This document shows, in pieces, positions 57,529 to 64,000 of a DNA stretch of 64,000 bases. A model generated the notes under the pieces. That model saw nothing but the letters and a program-made list of their open reading frames with translations, was not told where the DNA came from and searched no databases. The translations under genes were made by a program, and so were the position numbers. The first letter of the stretch is position 1. Every line of letters begins with the position of its first letter. The stretch is from NCBI GenBank assembly GCA_049700655.1, contig JBNAUV010000001.1, positions 551 to 64,550 on the forward strand. The letters are read 5' to 3'. This DNA comes from Minisyncoccales bacterium. GTDB taxonomy: Bacteria; Patescibacteriota; Minisyncoccia; Minisyncoccales; RBG-13-42-11.

Positions 57529-57539
57529 AAATAGATTAA

Positions 57540-60500
57540 TTATCCTTCTTCAATTATTTCTTCTGCTTCTTCGCAAATAAACTTAGTTAAATGTTGGTCG
57601 CGGTTATCAATTCGGCCAGAAATCATCACAATTTTATTTTCTTGAAAAACAACCGGATTTTTCTCAATAACAGCCGGGAAAACCACTACTTCAATTTTAC
57701 CACTTAAATCTTCTAATTTAACAAAAAGCATAGGTTGACCTTTACGGGTAATAATTTTTTTAATTTGTGAAATAACTCCGCCAATTCTCAGCCTGATATT
57801 CTTTTGTAATTTGTTATTTTTAATATTGGCTATAGAAATAGTTTTATTTGCTAGTAAATGAGTTAAGCCATCTAAGGGATGAGAACTAATAAATAAACCC
57901 AATAATTCCTTTTCCCACATTAATTTTTCTTTAAGCGAAGCTGGCGGCGCTGATTTTAGAGTAATCTTATGGTTAAAAGACATTCCATCAAATAAACCGC
58001 TTTGGCCATTATTTTTTGTTTTTTGGTTTTCCCGAGCATATTCTAAAAGTTTTTCAAGATTAGTCAATAACTGATTTCTTTCGCCCAATTTGTCAAAAAC
58101 TCCGGCCTTAATTAAACCTTCCAGAGATTTTTTGTTTAAATCTTTAGAATTAACACGGGCAAGGAAATTTTCTATTGAGGTATAAGGGCCATTAGCCTTT
58201 CTTTCATTAACTATTTTTTCAACAATGTTAAGACCAACATTTTTTATTGCTGACAAACCAAAACGAATCTGATTTGCTTTCGGTACCACGCTGAAAAAAG
58301 TAAAACTTTCATTAATATCAGGTGGCAAAACGTTAAGTTTCATTTTTTTACATTCTTCAATTAAAACAGCAATCCGTTCGATATCATTTCTTTCTGATGT
58401 TAAGAGAGCGGCCATAAATTCAGCCGGGTAGTGGGTTTTTAAATAAGCGGTTTGATAGGCAATGATAGCATAGGCTGTGGCATGGCTGCGATTAAAAGAA
58501 TAAGAAGCAAATGGCTCAATCCAATACCAGATTTGTTGAGCAATATTGCGGTCAATACCATTTTTTTGACACCCACTGATAAATTTTTCTTTTTGATTTA
58601 ATAAAAGATCTTTAATTTTTTTGCCAATGGCTTTTCTCAAAACATCTGCTTCAGCCAAGGTAAAATTAGCCAATTCTTGAGCAATTTTCATTACTTGTTC
58701 TTGATAAATGCAAATACCGTAGGTTTTTTCTAAAATTGGTTTCAATTTAGGATGAAGATATTCAATTTTTTGTTTGCCGTGTTTGCGAGCAATATAATCA
58801 GGAATTAATTGAATTGGTCCGGGCCGGTAAAGGGCCACCATAGCAATAATATCTTCAAATTCACTTGGTTTTAATTGCTTTAAATAGCGCTGGAAACCTT
58901 CTGATTCTAACTGGAAAACGCCAACTGTTTCTCCTTTTTGTAAAAGACGAAAAGTGGCTTTATCATCAAGGGGAATTTTTTCTAAATCAATATTCTGTCC
59001 ATAAATGACATAAATCCGGGAAAGCGTATCTTCAATAATAGTTAAGTTCTTTAACCCCAAAAAGTCCATTTTAAGAAGGCCTAGGTCTTCAATTGAATGC
59101 ATTTCATATTGGGTTACAATAGCTTGGTCGTCTTGCGTTGGGTGTTGCAAAGGAATTATTTCATTTAAAGGAGTATTGGAAATAACCACCCCACAAGCAT
59201 GGGTTGAAACATGACGGGCCACGCCTTCTAATTTTTTAGCAATATCAATTAATTTAGTGGCTTGTTCATCTGTTTGGTAGAGATTGCGAAATTCAGCTAC
59301 TTGACTAAGAGCTTGATCTAAAGTCAGGCCAAAGGGAATCATTTTGGCAATTTTATCGCAATAGGAATAACTATAATTCATTGCCCGGCCAACGTCGCGT
59401 ACCACGGCCCGGGCAGCCATTGTGCCAAAAGTGATAATTTGCGCCACGCGATCTGGGCCATATTTTTGGGTGACATAATTGATTACTTCATCGCGGCGTC
59501 GGTCAGCGAAATCCAAATCAATGTCAGGCAGGGAAGCGCTGCGGCCCGGATTGAGAAATCTTTCAAAAAGCAAGTTATATTTAATTGGATCAATATTGGT
59601 GATATTAAGGAGATAAGCAACCAATGAGCCGCCCACTGAACCGCGTCCCGGACCAACCACAATGCGATTTTCTTTTGCCCAATTAACAAAATCTTGAACA
59701 ATAAGAAAATAAGAAGCAAAACCAGTTTTTTTAATAGTTTCTAATTCATAATTTAATCTTTCAATAACTGCTGGTTTTGGCCTTTCGCCAAATTTTGCTT
59801 TTAACCCTTGTTGGCAGAGTTTTTCTAAATATACGTCTGGCGTTTCACCAGTTGGCACTTGGAATTGAGGTAGACTAGTTTTATTAAGTTCAAATTGGAA
59901 ATTACACATTTCAGCAATTTTTTCTGTATTTTCAATCGCTTCAGGCCACTCTTTAAAATCAGTTATCATCTGTTCTGGTTTTTTCATTGAAAAATCATCT
60001 GCTTTTAATGTTAACCTTTCTGGATCATTGGCATTGGCGCCGGTATTAACCAACATTAAAATATCTTGGGCGTCGGCATCGCTGGATTTTAGATAATGAA
60101 TATCATTAGTGGCAACCAGAGGCACATTTAATTCTCGAGAAAGAGAAATCAAGGCGGTATTGACTTTTTTTTGTTCTGGCAAATGAGGATGATGTTGGAT
60201 TTCTAAATAAAAATTATCTGGGCCAAAAATTTCCCGGTATTTTAAAATTGTTTTTTTCGCTTCATCAAGTTTATTAGCCAGAATCAAAGTGGGAATTTTG
60301 CCAGCCACACAGCCCGATAAAGCAATTAAGCCCTGACTATGTTTGGCTAATAGATCTTCATCAATGCGCGGTTTATAATAAAAACCTTCTAAATGGGCTT
60401 GGGTGATTAATTTCACCAGATGGCGATAACCCTCTTTATTTTTAACCAATAAAACCAGATGATATCTTTTATCATCAATATTTGGTCTTTTATCTGAGAT

Positions 60501-60719
60501 TTTTTCAAAGGCCTGATACATTTCGCAGCCAATAATTGGTTTAATTCCTTTGGCCATCGCTTTTTTATAAAATTCAACAGCGCCATAAATGTTGCCGTGG
60601 TCGGTTAAAGCCAAAGCAGTCATGCCCAATTGTTGGGCGCAATTTAAAAGTTCATCAATTTTGGGCAAACCATCAAGCAGAGAATAATGAGAATGGACGT
60701 GGAGATGAATGAATTTCAT
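57540..60719 (-). CDS. dnaE: DNA polymerase III alpha subunit
   Basis: HLHVHSHYSLLDG, GRGS, LPDIDLDF, KMDFLGL, FNRSHA. Confidence 0.98.
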   Translation of the reverse strand: MKFIHLHVHSHYSLLDGLPKIDELLNCAQQLGMTALALTDHGNIYGAVEFYKKAMAKGIKPIIGCEMYQAFEKISDKRPNIDDKRYHLVLLVKNKEGYRHLVKLITQAHLEGFYYKPRIDEDLLAKHSQGLIALSGCVAGKIPTLILANKLDEAKKTILKYREIFGPDNFYLEIQHHPHLPEQKKVNTALISLSRELNVPLVATNDIHYLKSSDADAQDILMLVNTGANANDPERLTLKADDFSMKKPEQMITDFKEWPEAIENTEKIAEMCNFQFELNKTSLPQFQVPTGETPDVYLEKLCQQGLKAKFGERPKPAVIERLNYELETIKKTGFASYFLIVQDFVNWAKENRIVVGPGRGSVGGSLVAYLLNITNIDPIKYNLLFERFLNPGRSASLPDIDLDFADRRRDEVINYVTQKYGPDRVAQIITFGTMAARAVVRDVGRAMNYSYSYCDKIAKMIPFGLTLDQALSQVAEFRNLYQTDEQATKLIDIAKKLEGVARHVSTHACGVVISNTPLNEIIPLQHPTQDDQAIVTQYEMHSIEDLGLLKMDFLGLKNLTIIEDTLSRIYVIYGQNIDLEKIPLDDKATFRLLQKGETVGVFQLESEGFQRYLKQLKPSEFEDIIAMVALYRPGPIQLIPDYIARKHGKQKIEYLHPKLKPILEKTYGICIYQEQVMKIAQELANFTLAEADVLRKAIGKKIKDLLLNQKEKFISGCQKNGIDRNIAQQIWYWIEPFASYSFNRSHATAYAIIAYQTAYLKTHYPAEFMAALLTSERNDIERIAVLIEECKKMKLNVLPPDINESFTFFSVVPKANQIRFGLSAIKNVGLNIVEKIVNERKANGPYTSIENFLARVNSKDLNKKSLEGLIKAGVFDKLGERNQLLTNLEKLLEYARENQKTKNNGQSGLFDGMSFNHKITLKSAPPASLKEKLMWEKELLGLFISSHPLDGLTHLLANKTISIANIKNNKLQKNIRLRIGGVISQIKKIITRKGQPMLFVKLEDLSGKIEVVVFPAVIEKNPVVFQENKIVMISGRIDNRDQHLTKFICEEAEEIIEEG

Positions 60720-60748
60720 AAAATATGATAAGATTAATAAAGTATACG

Positions 60749-61423
60749 ATGAAGCAAGATTTTTTACAAGTTGAAAAAGAATTGTGGCAACAAGGTTATA
60801 AAGCGGTCATTGGTTTAGATGAGGTCGGCCGTGGCGCGGTGGCTGGACCAGTTGTGGCTTGCGCCGTGATCTTAAAAAAGAAAAAAAATTTTTTCACTAA
60901 AACAAAAATTAAATTTCCTATTTTTAATAATCAGATATACGACTCAAAAAAACTAACGCCGCAAAAAAGAGAAGAATTTTATGATTGTTTAACCAAAGAC
61001 CCCAATATAAAGTGGGGGATAGGTTGGGTTTCTGAAAGAGTGATTGAAAAAATTAATATCTTAGCTGCCACTAAACTGGCGATGAAAAGAGCCTTGACAA
61101 GGGCTATTAAATTTTTTCCAGCGCGGCAAGAGAATTGGCACGATATTTTTTTAATTGTTGATGGCAACTCTCAACTTGATTTGGCTATAGCGCAAAAGGC
61201 GATTGTTAGGGCTGACGAGCGAGTGCTTTCTTGCGCTATTGCCAGCATTATTGCCAAAGTAACCCGTGATCGAATGATGCGAAATCGCCATAAAAAATAT
61301 CCCTTCTATGGATTTGACCAGCATAAAGGTTATTTAACAAAACAACATCAAAAAATGTTAGAGAAATATGGTTATTGCCGGATCCACCGGAAGAGTTTTC
61401 AGCCAATTAAGCACTTGCTCTAA
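60749..61423 (+). CDS. rnhB: Ribonuclease HII
   Basis: GLDEVGRGAVAGPV, DSKKL, VDG, ASIIAKVTRD, HKGY, HRKSF; alternative ATG at 60725. Confidence 0.95.
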   Translation: MKQDFLQVEKELWQQGYKAVIGLDEVGRGAVAGPVVACAVILKKKKNFFTKTKIKFPIFNNQIYDSKKLTPQKREEFYDCLTKDPNIKWGIGWVSERVIEKINILAATKLAMKRALTRAIKFFPARQENWHDIFLIVDGNSQLDLAIAQKAIVRADERVLSCAIASIIAKVTRDRMMRNRHKKYPFYGFDQHKGYLTKQHQKMLEKYGYCRIHRKSFQPIKHLL

Positions 61424-61483
61424 AATTATTTATTTGTTAAAATAAATAAACCAGTTATAAAACTAAAAATTATTTATTTTTTT

Positions 61484-61765
61484 ATGGCTGTTCCCAAACA
61501 GAGGAAAACCAAATCCAGACAAAAACAAAGACGAATGCATTATTTTATTAAAGGACCGGTTTTGAGTTTGTGTCCCAAATGCCATCAACCAATTAGGCCA
61601 CATACTGTCTGTTTTAATTGCGGTTATTATAAAGGGAAAGAAGTAATTGATGTGTTTAAAAAACTGACTAAAAAAGAGAGGAAAAAGAAAGAAAAAGAAC
61701 TAAAAGCGAAAAAAGTTGAAGAAAAAGAAAAACCATTGACAATGGAGGAATTATCAAAAAAATAA
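61484..61765 (+). CDS. rpmF: 50S ribosomal protein L32 with C-terminal extension
   Basis: [24 protein letters not shown]. Confidence 0.96.
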   Translation: MAVPKQRKTKSRQKQRRMHYFIKGPVLSLCPKCHQPIRPHTVCFNCGYYKGKEVIDVFKKLTKKERKKKEKELKAKKVEEKEKPLTMEELSKK

Positions 61766-61773
61766 TCTTACTT

Positions 61774-62202
61774 ATGGCTAGTCGTCATCTGGCACGTTCT
61801 ATTGCTATGCAATCTCTTTATGAGTGGGATTTTAGCGATAAAAAAGGTGATTTAGAGAAAATTGTTGAGAAGAACATTAGAGAATTTGGTCCTGGTTTAG
61901 AGGATACTAGTTTGGTTTGGCGGATTATTACTGGCGTGATTAATCATCTTTCAGAAATAGATAAAATCATTGAAAAAGCAGCGCCAGAATGGCCGCTGGA
62001 ACAAATTATGATTGTGGATAGGAATATTTTGCGAATTGGTCTTTACGAGTTGTTATATGCTGACAAAAAAGAGGTTCCGCCCAAAGTGGCAATTAATGAA
62101 GCCATTGAATTGGCTAAGTCGTTTTCCGGCAGTAATTCAAGCAAGTTTGTTAATGGTGTTTTGGGCACGGTTTACAAAGAAATGGAAAACAAAGAAAAAT
62201 AA
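61774..62202 (+). CDS. nusB: Transcription antitermination factor NusB
   Basis: [34 protein letters not shown]. Confidence 0.96.
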   Translation: MASRHLARSIAMQSLYEWDFSDKKGDLEKIVEKNIREFGPGLEDTSLVWRIITGVINHLSEIDKIIEKAAPEWPLEQIMIVDRNILRIGLYELLYADKKEVPPKVAINEAIELAKSFSGSNSSKFVNGVLGTVYKEMENKEK

Positions 62203-62213
62203 TATTAAAATTT

Positions 62214-62903
62214 ATGAAGGATTTTGATCTCTTGGAAAAGAAATTAGGATTAAAATTTAAAAATAGAGATTTATTAGTTCAGGCCTTTTGTCACCGCTCT
62301 TATTTAAATGAAAACCCTGATTTTTATTTGGGCCACAACGAAAGATTGGAATTTTTAGGTGACGCAGTTTTGGAATTAGTGGTGACTGAAGAACTTTTTA
62401 AAAAATACCCGCAGAAACCAGAAGGCGAATTAACTAATTGGCGGGCCGCCTTGGTTAACGCCAAAATGCTTTCTCAGGTAGGTCAAGAATTAGATTTTGA
62501 TGAGTTTTTGCTTTTGTCCAAAGGCGAAGAAAAAGAAACTGGCAAGGCAAGACAATATATTTTAGCCAATACCTTTGAGGCCTTAATTGGCGCGATTTAT
62601 CTTGATTTGGGTTATGGCGAATGTTTAAAATTTATTAAAAAAAGATTAATGACTCGCTTGCCCGAAATTATTGAAAAAGGTCTTTTTAAAGATGCCAAAT
62701 CGCGGTTGCAAGAAGAAGCGCAGGAAAGGCTGGGCATTACGCCGCATTATCAGGTTTTAAAAGAATGGGGGCCAGATCATGCCAAACATTTTACAGTTGG
62801 TGTTTTTTTTGGTATAGAACTAATTGCGCAGGGCGATGGGTTGTCCAAGCAAGAGGCTGAATTAGAGGCAGCCAAAAACGCCCTAGAAATCAAAGGTTGG
62901 TAA
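62214..62903 (+). CDS. rnc: Ribonuclease III
   Basis: HNERLEFLGDAVL, FEALIGAIYLD, KSRLQE dsRBD. Confidence 0.98.
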   Translation: MKDFDLLEKKLGLKFKNRDLLVQAFCHRSYLNENPDFYLGHNERLEFLGDAVLELVVTEELFKKYPQKPEGELTNWRAALVNAKMLSQVGQELDFDEFLLLSKGEEKETGKARQYILANTFEALIGAIYLDLGYGECLKFIKKRLMTRLPEIIEKGLFKDAKSRLQEEAQERLGITPHYQVLKEWGPDHAKHFTVGVFFGIELIAQGDGLSKQEAELEAAKNALEIKGW

Positions 62904-62960
62904 AATTAAATTAATCAAATTAATTAGGTTAATTAGAATAATTAGAGCAATTTAGAATAA
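62903..62960 (+). repeat. Degenerate 9-mer tandem array before rpsP
   Basis: taatcaaat taattaggt taattagaa taattagag caatttagaa. Confidence 0.6.
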
Positions 62961-62969
62961 TTTTTCTTT

Positions 62970-63293
62970 ATGTTGGTAATGCGCTTACTAAGAATTGGCA
63001 AAAAAAATCAACCCTTTTTTAAGGTAGTGGTTATTGATAAAAAGAATCCGCCGCGGGGTGGCCGTTTGGTGGCTGAACTTGGTTATTACAACCCCTTAAC
63101 CAAAGAAAAATCTTTAAATCAAGAGAAGATAAAATATTGGCTGAAGACGGGTGTCCAGCCATCAGCCACGGTTTATAATTTATTAATTTCGGAAAAAATT
63201 ATTGAAGGGGAAAAATTAGCCCTTCATAAAAAATCAAAAAAGAAAAAAGAGGGCGAAGTAAAAGAAACAACTGAAAAAGAAACAAAGATTTAG
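62970..63293 (+). CDS. rpsP: 30S ribosomal protein S16
   Basis: RLLRIGKK, PRGG, LGYYNP, W...GVQPS.TV. Confidence 0.96.
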   Translation: MLVMRLLRIGKKNQPFFKVVVIDKKNPPRGGRLVAELGYYNPLTKEKSLNQEKIKYWLKTGVQPSATVYNLLISEKIIEGEKLALHKKSKKKKEGEVKETTEKETKI

Positions 63294-63353
63294 AATAATA
63301 AATGAGTATTAGCAAAATTTGAGAAAGAAGCAAAATTATCATATAATAAAAGA

Positions 63354-64000
63354 ATGTTAAAGAAATTTCGTTGTCTTTTTCTGGTTCTTTTACTGCTTTT
63401 TATCGGGATTTTTACTTTTGTTAAGGCGCAAAATCAAGAAGAGCGCTCCTTAGAAATAGAATATCCAGAAATTGGCGGAATAAAACCAGAAACTGTTTCT
63501 GTTGGTTTACCTACTTATGTTCAATACATTTTCAATTTAGGTTTATTAATCGGCGCCGCTGTTTTGGTTGGCATTTTGATTTACGGCGGCATTCAATATC
63601 TCTTGGCAGCCGGCCGGGTGCCAGTTTTAATTGAAGCCAGAAGAAGAATTTTATTGGGTTTTTTTGGCATTTTTATTTTATTTGCCGGTTATTTAATTTT
63701 ACAGACCATTAATCCTGAGTTGGTAATATTTAAATTACCATTACTTGAAAAAACAGAATTTTGTAAAGAAGACGCTGATTGTCCTGGAAAATTTGAATGT
63801 AAAGAAGGAAAATGTGTTCCTTTGGCCGAATGCGCCATTGATACTGATTGTGTTGGTTTTCCAGATTATGTTTGTAAAGAAATAGAGTCAGGCAAAAAAT
63901 TTTGTGTTTATGAACCAAAAACTTTAATTGTTCAAGAGTTTCCTTTGGGCCAGGCGATCGAGGGCGGTATTTGGGAGAAGGTAAGAACAACGAAAACAAA
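63354..64000 (+). CDS. CPR pilin-like (TrbC/VirB2-type) protein with Cys-rich repeats, 3'-truncated by the window (absent from the ORF track)
   Basis: Signal peptide; IYGGIQY..AAG...A..RI...G......YLILQTINPEL; CKEDADC..C..C and CAIDTDC..C..C. Confidence 0.8.
   Translation, partial: MLKKFRCLFLVLLLLFIGIFTFVKAQNQEERSLEIEYPEIGGIKPETVSVGLPTYVQYIFNLGLLIGAAVLVGILIYGGIQYLLAAGRVPVLIEARRRILLGFFGIFILFAGYLILQTINPELVIFKLPLLEKTEFCKEDADCPGKFECKEGKCVPLAECAIDTDCVGFPDYVCKEIESGKKFCVYEPKTLIVQEFPLGQAIEGGIWEKVRTTKT

Noticed and set aside
42093-60719. Inteins or introns in gyrB, dnaE or tRNAs
   Set aside because: Lengths are normal or short, and no splicing motifs or interruptions were seen.
1306-61167. Numerous 60-164 aa ORFs antisense or out of frame within core genes (e.g. 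3299-3637, 4714-5208, 43004-43336)
   Set aside because: Fully nested in well-supported genes, with no recognisable motifs.
63730-63999. 89-aa minus-strand ORF at the right edge
   Set aside because: Antisense to the pilin-like gene, which has a promoter, signal peptide and family motifs.

Overview
Core-genome segment of a Patescibacteria (CPR) bacterium, most likely Parcubacteria, using genetic code 11. It carries the str, S10, spc and alpha ribosomal clusters plus rplM-rpsI. rpmD (L30) is missing from its usual place, no rplA follows rplK, and RpoA has no alpha-CTD. Also present: four tRNAs, truncated aminoacyl-tRNA synthetases (AlaS, ProS, ThrS, PheT), two mreB paralogs, gyrB, dnaE, a dCMP-deaminase/kinase/tmk/thyX/glyA/folD/deoC block, a solo Cas4-like nuclease, a baseplate-J-like membrane protein and a Cys-rich CPR pilin at the right edge. 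The left edge looks like the integration junction of a recombinase-carrying element at tRNA-Pro. The least explained signal is non-genic: many short tandem repeats (7, 8, 9, 12, 14 and 21 bp units) and GC-rich mini-hairpins at gene junctions and in frame inside tpiA, alaS and miaB. Others are an in-frame uORF copying the S12 N-terminus, a two-state RNA leader before rplC, and many apparently leaderless promoters. All calls come from reading motifs by eye; no searches were run.
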